Position numbers and translations under genes: made by a program. Under the pieces are notes generated by a model, which saw only the letters and a list, made by a program, of their open reading frames with translations, had not been told where the DNA came from and searched no databases. This document shows, piece by piece, positions 18,311 through 29,400 of a stretch of 64,000 nucleotides of DNA (positions are counted from its first letter, which is position 1; every line of letters begins with the position of its first letter). Source of the DNA: Acidimicrobiia bacterium (lineage in GTDB: Bacteria; Actinomycetota; Acidimicrobiia; Spongiisociales; ZC4RG35); assembly GCA_965215185.1 (NCBI GenBank), contig OZ244034.1, positions 1,248,001-1,312,000 on the forward strand, given 5' to 3'.

Positions 18311-18641
18311 CCAGCGTCCCGCTGCTGACCGGTTAGACATCACCGACGAGACGATCAGAGCGTGGCTGCGTGACGGGAGAACCGTCACGGTTCCCCTGGC
18401 TTGGTATCCCCGCTTGTGCCACGGCACTCCATCAGAGCGAAACAACTGGGAACTGGTCGGAAACGGCACGATCGTCCGGTGGCCCGACCTTGACGAAGAC
18501 ATCAGCATCGGCGGGTTGATAACCGGCCCAAGCCGCGAAAGGTCAATCACGTTGGGCCGGTGGCTTTTAGCGCGTCAATCAAACCGCAGCGTCCAAGGCT
18601 ACGAAATAGACAAACACGAACAGGCTAGAAGGGCGACATGA
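18300..18641 (+). CDS. DUF2442 domain protein
   Basis: LRDGRTVTVPLAWYPRL...ERNNWEL...RWPDLDEDISIGGL. Confidence 0.85.
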   Translation: MISDQRPAADRLDITDETIRAWLRDGRTVTVPLAWYPRLCHGTPSERNNWELVGNGTIVRWPDLDEDISIGGLITGPSRERSITLGRWLLARQSNRSVQGYEIDKHEQARRAT

Positions 18642-18979
18642 CCGCCGCCTCTTACCAGGCCCGCCGACCAAACCATCTGCTGGACGTAGACATGCGCCGA
18701 GGAACGGGACTCCCCGAAGACCCGCCCGATGCGTGCCACTTCTATGGGGTCTAACCATATCTTGACTGGGCAGGAGGTTGGCAGGAACCGACTCCATCCC
18801 CCAGAAGAAGAGGGAGAACGATTCCCCCTCTTTTCAGGCTAGGGGGAATCACTTGGGTAGAGAGTTCTAGGTCGGCGTGGTCGAATGGGTTACGCCGATG
18901 TCTCCCACAAACAACTTCGGAGTGATCGCTTTCTCCGTGCACATCCTCAACGATATTTTCCTCATAACGCCCCAGGACC

Positions 18980-19441
18980 CTGGATCTTGGGGCAACTCTG
19001 ACCAACACCCCGACACCTCGATTTTACGAACCCCCCTCGGATGCTGAACTGATCCCGCCCTGCCAGTACGACTGCGACACTTTTGGCCTGAACATGACCG
19101 TGGCGGCTATTGACATTGATGGCCGTCCGACAAGAACGGGATGGTCTTTTTGGATGCATATCGTCCCCTTTCCAGAACCGGAAGATATGTCCAATGTGGA
19201 TATAGTGGTCCGTCACGAAGGGCAGGGCGAGGCATACTTCCCGTCGGGCGATGCATGGGAGTATGCATCACAGAACAGTGGGTATATCGGCGTGGATGTG
19301 CGAATGCCCACCCTCGAGAAGCCCCTCTATATAAGTGCCTCCCTACCTAACGGAAAGCGCCTGCATTGGAAGACGGTTGCGCCGTTGCGGAACCGTCTAT
19401 TCGCCAATGACGACTGGGGGTGGGAGTCCAGCGACCCGTAG
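18980..19441 (+). pseudogene. fragment of unknown gene
   Basis: Protein-like ORF 19094-19441 appears to extend in frame beyond both ends; family not recognised. Confidence 0.3.
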
Positions 19442-19650
19442 TGGGCGGAATACCAAGCTCTTGGCGTGGCTGACACCATCTGCTGGGCTCATTGGACGGG
19501 CAAGCGGGATCCCCGCAACCTGCCCTGTATCCCTACCCGCTGTCTCTCGATGAGGGCGACCCCGAGGCCGAGATCACGGACGAGATGGTCAAGTGGCTGA
19601 TAGGCAACATATAGCGCAGGGAATACCGGTGCAAAAGTGCGCGGCCACCC

Positions 19651-20457
19651 TTACTCGTCTCCGACAAATACGGTCACCGCGGTGGCGTTGTCCGAGAGCC
19701 CATACATCCGCGCCCTGTCAAGAGCCGATATAGCCACACCCTCGGCGTTGGATGCGTTTCGGCAGGCGTCTCCAAACAAATCCTCGAATTCCAGATCTTC
19801 CAACGGACAGGTCCGTCGTTTGCCAAGTAGTGCCTTCACCCACAGGCCGTCGGAGGCTGCGAGAATGGCGTAGGGTACCGACTGTGCGGTCAAATCCACC
19901 TTCTTGACGGTGAAGTATTCGGTACCCCCGGCACCGAACGCCTCCTTCGGAATTGACGGGCCGAGAAAGGAGGCCAGGCCTCCCCAGACACCCACATGCG
20001 GATGTCCGATATGGGAGGATCGCACTTGGCGGGCGCTGAACCCCGTAATGAGGAATGGGATCGAGTCTCCCGCCCAAGCCGCCAACGTCCCTCTCTCGGG
20101 AGTGTGCGCCACTACGCACAGCGTGGTGGCGGGAGCGTGCCATTCGTTCCGCATCCACCCCGAGGTGTCGTTGTGATACAGGTCGACCACGCGATCACGC
20201 GCTTGGCTAAACGCCTTCGCCATTTCCTCCCGGGAAGCGATTCTCTGGGGGAAATCGCGAACCGCGGCGGCCGAGGCTCTTTCACCACCCTCAGGAATGG
20301 AGAGCCCGTCGGCCACTGCTATCACCCAGGAACCGTCATCAGAGGCCGAGATGAAATGAGAATCCTGCTGGCAGGCCTTCCCGCCTATGTCGGCTATGGT
20401 CGCCACTGAGGTACCCCCAGCGTTGGCGACCTCAGGGTCGTTTCTATTTAGGGCCAT
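19651..20457 (-). CDS. PP2C/PPM-family protein phosphatase
   Basis: QQDS, AVADG, ATTL, WAGDS, ASDGLW, DNAT. Confidence 0.85.
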   Translation of the reverse strand: MALNRNDPEVANAGGTSVATIADIGGKACQQDSHFISASDDGSWVIAVADGLSIPEGGERASAAAVRDFPQRIASREEMAKAFSQARDRVVDLYHNDTSGWMRNEWHAPATTLCVVAHTPERGTLAAWAGDSIPFLITGFSARQVRSSHIGHPHVGVWGGLASFLGPSIPKEAFGAGGTEYFTVKKVDLTAQSVPYAILAASDGLWVKALLGKRRTCPLEDLEFEDLFGDACRNASNAEGVAISALDRARMYGLSDNATAVTVFVGDE

Positions 20458-20505
20458 TTCCTTTGGGAAGATAGGAGCATTCCTATAGTAACCAGCGACA
20501 GGCTG

Positions 20506-21222
20506 TTATGAGAGGGGGAGCGAACGACCTGAGAGCGGCGGGCGGGAACGGTGTCTGCCGCTGGGAAGCAACGGGTCATAGACGGGCCTGCCCATAGGAC
20601 GCACCGGCAACACCAGGCGCTCGGCCAATCCCACTGGGAACTGGCACGGGTGAATGGTCTTTTCTGGGTGGTTGCTCTTGACATTCGGGATTATCCACAC
20701 GTCTGAGGGATTCTTCCCCAGGGGATTACTTGACACCTGGCCCTTCTTGGGTCCCTTATAGTGCCTTTTTCCCGGTTCTTTGGACGGGACCCGAATCGGA
20801 TCGAGATGCCAGACGTAATCATCGGTCTTGGACCACCAGTTGATGGTCTCGTATCTCCCGGAAAGTCTCCGTGTGCAATGCAGGCCGTGTTCGTAGTGCC
20901 AGACGATGCGGTTTCGTAGCTGTAGCCCTCGGGACTTGAAGGCATGGTACATAAGTGTGTCGAGAGGGAACACCTCGCCGCGAGAAATATAGTCTCCGAC
21001 TTGCCAGCAGATTGATCCCCGAGATCCGACCACGCGAACACACTCCTCTATCACCCCGGACTGCCACTCGAGGTAGGAGTCGATGTCCATAGGATCCTCG
21101 TATTCCTTCCCAAGGTTATAGGGGGGCGATGTGATAATGAGCTGCACCGAGCCGTCCGGAAGATCCCCCATGAATCGGAGGTTGTCGCAAGCGGCCACCT
21201 TGAAATCCTTCACATCCGTCAT
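20506..21222 (-). pseudogene. beta-class amino (N4C/N6A) DNA methyltransferase with internal deletion
   Basis: ITSPPYN, LRNRIVWH and HPCQFP..LAERLVL join directly to PVRPMGRPVYDP; no DPFxGxG SAM-binding motif. Confidence 0.8.
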
Positions 21223-21311
21223 GACAGAGCGAGGGAGCAGGTGTACACCTCAGTGCACTTACCCCCACACCAGTTACTACACGCGCGTAGTAACTGGGGA
21301 ATTCCCCGGAT

Positions 21312-21608
21312 GTCGGCTGTTTTCGCGCTGTTTTCGCCTTTTTTGCGCTCCAAACGGCGCGCGGACCGCGCTGGGAAGCGCCCTGTTCCGACGCAATTGC
21401 CCCGATTTGTGCGCCCGGGCCCCCCACTTTGTTGCGCCAAACCGCCAATTTTGTACACAAAACGGCCCTGGACCCCCCGAAATGGGCGATCGTCCCGGTT
21501 TTCGCCGATCTACGGCGGGCGTCGAGTCGTCGTTCCAAAAACGAAAGGGTCGGCACCCGCCGGCGCGGCTCCCGAAAAGGCCGCCGAGATGGCTCCCGAA
21601 ATGCCGAC
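21312..21608. mobile_element. putative MITE / non-autonomous element
   Basis: Imperfect terminal inverted repeats GTCGGCTGTTTTCG / CGAAATGCCGAC; non-coding with A/T tracts. Confidence 0.4.
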
Positions 21609-21705
21609 TTGAGGCCAGTTGAAATATCCGACCGGTGTGGTCAATGCCACCCGGGTTATGCTGGATTGCGGCAACCTCTGTATATGTAACTCGGAGCATG
21701 ACGAT

Positions 21706-21967
21706 ATGACAAATAGCGCGACTTTGGAAAACCTGTCTCCGAGTAGAGCGTCGGATTTCAAAACTTGCCCGCAGCTATTCAAGTTTCGCCACATAGACAA
21801 GATACCCTCCCCACCCACTGCTGCCCAGACAAGGGGCCTGGCGATTCATTCGGCACTGGAGGATCTATTCGATCTCGAAGCCCCACAGAGGGGGAAGGAG
21901 CAACTCCTGCGCCTGGTGGTGGAGGCTTGCGAGAAAACTTTGGCCAAGGATTCGTTCGGGGAGGGAT
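21706..21967 (+). pseudogene. RecB-family PD-(D/E)XK exonuclease, N-terminal fragment
   Basis: LSPSRASDFKTCPQLFKFRHID...RG.AIHSALEDLF. Confidence 0.75.
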
Positions 21968-22049
21968 CAGCAGGCAGGGCGGGCGGTTACCCCGTGATCG
22001 ATCTTGCGGGGCAGTAGCCGACCAGCGGGAGCGGCGCTGAAAACACCGT

Positions 22050-22215
22050 GAGACACCACCACCATCCCCGACGCGTCAATGACCCGACCGACTTCGCCAA
22101 CCAAAACACTCGACTCGGTCACAGCCACGATCTTTTCCCCCCTCACCGCCACGTCCCACACCCCAACACCCATCGGTGTAACAACTTCCCCACCTCGAAT
22201 GACCAGATCCAACAT
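22050..22215 (-). pseudogene. cyclic amidohydrolase (dihydropyrimidinase/allantoinase-like), N-terminal fragment
   Basis: MLDLVIRGGEVV...DVAVRGEKI...VIDASGMVV, stopping before PG.ID.H.H. Confidence 0.7.
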
Positions 22216-22636
22216 TTTTAGGCTCGGACCTCTTACTAGGCGATCAGGACCAAGGCAGTCACAGTTGCCGCTGACGTGGCGAGACTGGCCGGGTCATCGT
22301 ATGGCATCGAACGCCAAGCCTACTCCCCAAACAGCAGACACGACACCCCCGGTCAAACAAGAAAAAGCATCACCAACCAGGCTCTACGGTGTCTCTGGCC
22401 AACTCGAAAAGTTCCTCTCATCAGCAGCATCCGCCACTTTGTGGGGATCATTTCCCCCGGGGGAAGGAGAAGCCCACCAATGTCTACCTGGGGGTTTACA
22501 AGGACTCATATCCAGGAAGCCCACGTCTCCCGCGCCTACCAAACCCAAACGAGGCAGCAATAACACAACTTTCGGTACCGAAACTGATAACCAGTATGGT
22601 CAAAAGGCCTCTGACTTGGGAAACGCCCCTCTTCCA

Positions 22637-22648
22637 GGTGGAGGTGAC
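22637..22648 (-). repeat. putative attR: duplicate of tRNA-Ala 3' end
   Basis: GGTGGAGGTGAC is identical to 54999-55010; both copies are preceded by CTCTGACYTGGG. Confidence 0.6.
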
Positions 22649-22779
22649 TTTGGGCAACAATCGCCGCTTTCAAGTTCCTGACCCTTACCGCAACCAGAAG
22701 CGGTGAAGTCAGACACGCCACATGAACAGAGATCGACCTCACCACAGCAATCTGGACCATCCCCGCTGAACACAGCAAA

Positions 22780-23119
22780 TACACCGGATGCCATTGAGCA
22801 GCGGGGCATTGGCCGTCCTCGACACAGCACACCCACTATCCGGCAGCGATGGCCTGGTCTTCCCCTCGCCTACCCGACGGCCGATCAGCAACGCCACTAT
22901 GAGCAAACTCTGCGAGGAAACAATGTGGGTTGTGTGCCACACGGGATGAGAAGCTCGTTTCGGGACTGGCGCGGAGAAACCGGTGTTAGCAGCGAAGTCG
23001 CGGAACGGGCCCTCGGTCACGAAATCCGAAACGCTGTAGAAAAAGCCTACGCCAGAACCGACCTGCTAGAACGACGCCGCCAACTGATGGAAAACTGGAG
23101 CCACTACCTAAACATCTGA
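22780..23119 (+). pseudogene. P4-like tyrosine integrase, C-terminal fragment
   Basis: PHGMRSSFRDW...VAERALGH...AYARTDLLERRRQLMENW. Confidence 0.85.
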
Positions 23120-23199
23120 AGGGCAAACCATTCCATGGCACCGATTGGGTCAGACGGCTCGATTGGTAGCACGTTTTAGAAGGCCTCGGGATCGATAAA

Positions 23200-23470
23200 A
23201 GGCGACTCTTCCTAACAGCTTCGACACCCAGGGCTGTTCTCAACCAACCCTCTACAAAACCGGGGCGACTCAATTTGGCAAAATGATCAGAGCGACAAAA
23301 GACAAACCGTCAAAGTGGGCAGTAGCCATTGGGGAGATGAACACGGTGTTGATGATGTTTCAAACCGTATGGGAGTCGCAAAACGACAGGCAAGGCACTA
23401 ATGACACCAGTCGGCCAACTAACGTGACACGACCGGACACAGAGGCCGCCCTGCACTTCAGTGCTGGAGC
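23200..23470 (+). pseudogene. fragment resembling an Abi-C-type C-terminal domain
   Basis: LAKMI...PSKW...VWESQNDRQG...EAALH, recognised from memory of the family only. Confidence 0.3.
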
Positions 23471-23579
23471 GGTGCGGGTGGGGGCAGGTTCTTTCTCTCT
23501 TGCAGGAGGTGGGCACTATCCGGTTTGGAGGGCGCTGGTTTTGGTCGGCTGGCGTGTGGTTAGACACCATTGGTCTCGT

Positions 23580-23792
23580 CCCGTGGGGTGTCGGTTCCTC
23601 GTCTTCTGGTGGGCTGGTGTAAGTTGCCTCTGGCAGATTCTCGACCCAGGCCAGGATCGAATCGAGAGGCCAGCGGACTGTTCGGAATCCTATCTTGGGC
23701 GGTTTTGGGAACTCCCCAGCTGCCATTAGCCGGTACAGTTGCGATTTCTTGAGGCTTGTGATTTCCAGGACATCGCGTAGTGGTAGCAGTTG
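23580..23792 (-). pseudogene. alpA: AlpA family phage/island regulator (start lost)
   Basis: QLLPLRDVLEITSLKKSQLYRLMAAGEFPKPPKIG..VRW. Confidence 0.75.
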
Positions 23793-23809
23793 CCCTATTG
23801 GGCCGAGCG

Positions 23810-23930
23810 TTAGAGCCGTTTCCCACCCCTATCTGGCACCAGAACCTGAAACCGCCCACCGTGTCAAACAGCGCACCGCCGCGGTCATGAAATGGTGCAT
23901 CGCCCAGGGCTTCTGAGAAGACAATCCCAG
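23810..23930 (+). pseudogene. P4-like integrase, central fragment
   Basis: PETAHRVKQRTAAVMKWCIAQGF*EDNP. Confidence 0.65.
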
Positions 23931-24033
23931 GCACGGAAGCCAAGATACAGGCGCGATACACGTTTTTTGGAGGCCCGGAATTTTCGGCCAACGCCTATAA
24001 CATTTGAAAGGGTTTACTACCACGAGGCTTTGA

Positions 24034-24829
24034 ATGCCGCTGGACCGATTGATCGATGAACTTGACCGCCATGTCACCCGCCTTGATGAACAGGGGATGG
24101 CCAAGGGCGGGGAACTGGTGGTAAGACAGGTCGTCGGTCCCGAGAGGGAGCGAGGCCCCAGATACTTGCTTGAGGGCCACGGGAACCGTGCTTTCATCCG
24201 GATGAACTCCAACTCCTACCTGGGGTTGGCGTTGCATCCCGAAGTGATCCGGGCTGAACAGGTCACCGCCCGGGCGATGGGAACCGGACCCGGAGGGGTG
24301 CGGTTCATCGTGGGGACCCACACTCCCCATGTGAAACTGGAGCATGGCTTGGCCGCCTTCCACGGGCGAGAGGAAGGGATGATCTTCTCCTCCGCCTACG
24401 CCGCCGTGCTAGGAACCCTGGTTTCCCTCATCGACCCGACCACCACAGTGATCTCCGACGAACTCAACCACAACTCCATAATCAACGCCATCCGCCTCGC
24501 CCGGCCTCTAAGCAAGTCCGTCTACCCGCATCTGGACATGGCGGCTCTTGATCATCAACTTGCCGAGGCGGCCGGGCGGGCAAAACGGGCGATAGTCGTG
24601 ACCGACGGCATCTTCTCCATGCGCGGAGACCACGCTCCACTGGACCAGATCATGGACATCGCCCGTCGCCACGATCACAGCTTCCCCGAAAACGTGGTGG
24701 TGGTCGTAGACGACTCGCACGGAGTGGGCGCCTTCGGCCCCACCGGCCGGGGCACCGAAGAACACACGGGGAGCCCGCCCGCCGACATACTCATCGGCAC
24801 CCTGGGAAAGGCCCTGGCAGTCAACGGGT
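24034..24829 (+). pseudogene. class II PLP enzyme (2-amino-3-ketobutyrate CoA ligase / AONS-like), 3'-truncated
   Basis: NSYLGL, VRFIVGT, SDELNHNSII, TDGIFSM.G, DDSHG, GTLGKA, then an abrupt switch to unrelated sequence. Confidence 0.8.
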
Positions 24830-24859
24830 GTGTCCTTCTTCGTTTTGCTTGGCAACACC

Positions 24860-25366
24860 CAGCAGGTAGGTCGAGCCGCAACGGTGGCAAATGCCGGTCT
24901 CGAACATCACGGACTTTTGGTTTCTTATGGCGCAACCCTGGCAAGTTTTGCGACGTTCTAAGAACATCCATGACATCTCCGGCGGGTGTCTGGGGGACTG
25001 GCATGTGAAAGCCCCTTCGAGTGCCCGTAGGACGAAGTGATAGCGGGCGGGGATCAAGGGCGGGATTCCGCCATGACTCCAATGAATCTGTGCTGGACCG
25101 GCCATGGTGCGGACTTCGTCGATCCTGACGGGACGCTTGTAGCGTTCGATCCCTCGGCACAGGACACCACCTCCTCAGCTGCGCTGCTCGTACGCCAAGA
25201 TAACCTCCAGCGGTTCCTCGACATGTCGGGATCGGCTCTAGTCTGGAGGATATTGGGCGAGAAGCGTGCTTTCGGCCCCGGAGACTGGGGGGAAGCATGG
25301 GCACAGGCTTCCTGCGGCTTACAGGCGCTTCTTCATACGGATCTAGCGGCCTCAAGGGCTACCTGA
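24860..25366 (+). pseudogene. C-terminal fragment of a large NTPase, possibly Avs2-like
   Basis: WTGHGADF.D.DG.LVAFDPS...ALLVR..L.RFL...LVW.ILGEK; family assignment from memory. Confidence 0.35.
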
Positions 25367-25385
25367 ACACACCTCGAAGGCCGCC

Positions 25386-25616
25386 ATGGGCTTGACCATC
25401 GCCCTTCTATCACTGGGACTGTTCTCCTCCAACTTCGGCGCCGGCCAGGCGGCGTTGGCCAACCTGACTATCGCCACCCTGGCTGGTACCGGTATCCGCA
25501 TGGCACTGCGCAGAATGGGGTTCGACCCGGCGCTGGCCTCCAGTATCTTTTTGACCCTTATCACCGACGTGGTGGGGTTCGGAGGCTTCCTGATGGTGGC
25601 CGCCGTCTTGCTATGA
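25386..25616 (+). pseudogene. mgtE: MgtE magnesium transporter, C-terminal fragment
   Basis: LRRMGFDPALASSIFLTLITDVVGF signature. Confidence 0.75.
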
Positions 25617-25777
25617 GATAGGGCGACGTGAGGGAGCTCCCCAAGCCAGCTATATACTGACACGATGTCTCGTTGCGTAGTAGGTCAAGGTATCCCCCGG
25701 TTGGGACTGCTGATATCCTGACCCCTCTGCCCAGAGGACAATGAAGACAACGAACTATCAACGAAGGGGTCCCCAGC

Positions 25778-26263
25778 ATGGAAATGTCGGTCGTTCTTGA
25801 CAACGGCGAAGAATACACATTAGCTCGTCCGGCCAAGCGTTTGGGCGCTAGAGCCTTGGATGGCATCATAGCTTTGATACTGTTGTATGTCGTTGCTTTA
25901 CCCGCTTTCATCGCTCTGTTGGTGTTGATTGCATACGAAGTATGGCTGATGAAGGCTTACGGGCAGACCCTTGGTAAACGAATCGTCGGAATAAAGGTGA
26001 TCCGGATCGACAATGGTGAACTGCTGTCCTGGGACCAGTCGATTCAGAGGTTCCTAGTACCAAATGCGCCAGGTCTAGCGGCGCTGGCTTTGCAATGGTT
26101 ATTGCTGCTAGCAGGCGCCTTGGGCCTCTCGTTAGCCGTCGGTGTACTCGGTAGTCTGTACGCACCAGTAATAGCCATATTCATTTACGCCACTGTTCTC
26201 GGCGATGACCGGCGTCAAGGCTGGCACGACAAGCGGGTTTCATCAGTAGTGGTGACAGTTTGA
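25778..26263 (+). CDS. RDD family membrane protein (copy 1)
   Basis: KRLGARALD, GQTLGKRIVGIKV, RQGWHDK. Confidence 0.9.
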   Translation: MEMSVVLDNGEEYTLARPAKRLGARALDGIIALILLYVVALPAFIALLVLIAYEVWLMKAYGQTLGKRIVGIKVIRIDNGELLSWDQSIQRFLVPNAPGLAALALQWLLLLAGALGLSLAVGVLGSLYAPVIAIFIYATVLGDDRRQGWHDKRVSSVVVTV

Positions 26264-26438
26264 AAACGGACCCTAAGAAGCTATTCAATAGGGGAGGGAT
26301 ACTAGGACAACGCTCTCTATTGGATACGGTGTGCACTAACCGGCAACGTGTTCTTTCAGAATCATTCAGGAGCGAATTCCTGTGGGGCAACGTCAGCCTC
26401 CCTTTGACATCAAAGCGGCCTCAGAGAAGATTAGAAAG

Positions 26439-29400
26439 ATGAGCTTCCAACAATGGAAATGGGTGTTGGCCGTGGCCATTGTTGCCCTAGCGGCAGGAGT
26501 GGTTTGGGTAACGTTCGGTGGCTTGGATGGGGATGACTTTGGGAGCGCCGATGTTGGCCCTGACACGCAGAGCAGCGACGTTGACCCTGACACGCAGAGC
26601 AGCGATGTCGACCAGCCTGCTGCTATCTCCGCAGACCCTGCTCCGGAGATTCCCCTGTTCGATCCTTTCACCACCCCAACCCTGTCGGATATCGACTTGC
26701 AGCGTCTGGCGGCAGCGGTCGCCACGCTTGATCCGGACGCGGCGTGCCCCGAGCCTGTTCCTATTAACTCGATTGAAGACGTGGCGGAGGTGGTGCGAAT
26801 CGCCGGGGGATGTCTGATAGTCGAATATGTGCCTCTTGGTGGGGGAAGCGTCGAAGAGGTACGGGAAAGGCTGGCGTTTGATCCCCAGGTTCACGCCGTT
26901 GGCGTGCCCATTTGGGAGGTGTGGCCGACACAGGCTGACACATACAGCAACGACCCCCAGTCAGAAGAGCAGTGGCACCTACCGAAGTTAAAAGCCAAGG
27001 AACTTTGGCAGGGTTGGCCTGAGGGAGCGGAAGTCACGGTGGCCGTTATCGACTCGGGTGTAGACGGTGATCACGGTGACCTTCAGCACAGCGTGATCAA
27101 AAACATCGGCAGCGACCCTGCTTGCCACTCCAAGGATACAGACGGGCATGGAACCCACGTTGCGGGGATCATCGCCGCCGCGGTGGACAACGGGTACGGC
27201 GTGGCCGGGGTAGCGCCGCAGGCAAAGATTCTGCCGATAAAGATGCTATACGGTACGTGCAATGACATCAAGTCGATGACGACCGCCGTTGCCAGAGCGA
27301 TACAGGAGGGAGCGGACGTGATCAACCTCTCGGTGGTATGGCGGGTTGGCAAAGAGGGCCGTGGGGGTTCAGATGACCCATTTGAAGCAGCCATTCGGAG
27401 CGCATTGATGCGCGACATCGTTGTTGTTGCATCGGCAGGGAATTGTGGGAATCCCAGGTTTCTAGATAGCCCTTGCCAGGGTGTTGTCAACGTGGTCCAC
27501 CCGCCAGCTATGTACCCAGGCATCATATCGGTGGCTGCAACGAACAGCTACGATGATCGGGCCCATTTCAGCACGGTCGCCGACCATGTCGGCATAGCTG
27601 CTCCGGGAGGATCGGCGCTTGGCGATTTTGACGGCGAGATCAGGCCGTTGGATTTCTCTGACTATGACGACAATCATGAGTTGGTTGGGGGCAGACCTAT
27701 GACCGAGGACGACATTCTGTCAACCGTCCCACACCATTGTCCGAGCGGATCTGATAGCTGTACTGACACCGGTACCAAGCAGGGGACATCCATGGCGGCG
27801 CCGGTCATTAGTGCGGTGGTGGCGCATATGAAGGCCCGTTACCCGAAGGCGTCGGTCACCGAGATCCACCAAGCCTTATATACGACGGCTTGGAATCCCG
27901 ACTCCGATCGGCGGACCCCGCAGTTGGGATGGGGGATCGTTCAACCTCTGAATGCTTTGAACCGTCTTGACGAATTGTTCCACTCCTGCCCCGAGGATTC
28001 CGGCAGTGGCGGGCTGCTGGCCTACCAGGTGGAGGTCGACATCTCCAACAATGTTGGTGAGAGACGGGACGTTTGGACCATAGACGCATCAACCGGGGAG
28101 GAACGTTGCCGCCGCGCGCACAATGCGTGGCAACCGGCGTGGTCACCGGACGGTGCTCATCTGGCGTTCGTCCACAAGCAGTCGCCGGAGAGTGACGACG
28201 ATATCTGGGTGATGGACTCCGACGCCATCAACTGGCGGAACCTCACCGACAACGAATCTGCCGAGTTCCAACCCGCATGGTCACCCGACGGCGCCAAGAT
28301 CGCCTTCGTCAGCCACCAGACCGGAAATCCCGATATCTGGGTTGTAAACGCAGACGGGACCAACCGGCGAAACCTCACCAATCATCCTGCATTAGATGCA
28401 ACCCCGGCTTGGTCACCTGATGGCACCAAGATCGCGTTTGTCAGCAAACGCGACGGGGGTGACCACGACATCTGGGTGATGAACGCGGACGGAACCAATC
28501 CCCACAACCTCCACAATAACAACGACGAGGAGACCCAGCCCACATGGTCGCCCGATGGCACCAAGATTGCCTTCGTTCACGACCAAGACGAACCGGGACT
28601 GTTCGACGACGATATCTGGGTGATGGATGCCGATGGGAATAACTGGCGCAACCTCACCGACGATCCGGCATCAGACGCAGAGCCGGCTTGGTCACCTGAT
28701 GGCACCAAGATCGCATTCACCAGTGACCGCGATGGTGATGAAGACATATGGATCATCAACGCCGATGGCAGCAGCCCCTTCAACCTGACAAATACCGATG
28801 ATCAAAACGAAAGCCATCCCTCCTGGTCAGTGGCCAGTGAATCGAACCAGACAGAACTTCCAGAAGGCGGAGATCCCACAGGCGCCCAACCACCTGGGGA
28901 TCAGGTGCAGCCGACGGAATTGCTGGCGGAGAAGATCGCCTTTGTCAGTTACGGCGTCATTTATGTGGCAAATCCTGACAGCTCCGAGTCTCAGCGACTC
29001 ACGCCCGACAACACCAATCAGGGAGACGAGTTCGTGGGCGACTTCAATCTTGCCTGGTACGACTCCGACCCGAAATGGTCGCCTGATGGAACCAGAATCC
29101 TCTTCAGCAGCACTCGCACGGGTGAAGACGAAGTGTTCGTCATAGACGCCGACGGTCAGAATGTTCAGCAACTGACGACATCGGGCGGCAATAGTCCCAG
29201 TTGGTCTCCGGATGGCACCCGGATCGTGTTTGCACGAGTCGGAACCTACTTCACGAGTAAATGGCGGTACAACTTCGATGATTCCGAGAACGTCTTCATC
29301 ATGGACGCCGATGGAACTGCCATCCAGAGGCTGACGTATTCTGGAGGCTCCACCCCGAGTTGGTCCCCCGATGGCAGGCTGATTGCCTTTCACAGAGTTG

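Noticed and set aside
24034-25008. 324-aa ORF as a complete PLP enzyme
   Set aside because: Homology ends just after GTLGKA; the tail is read-through into an unrelated fragment
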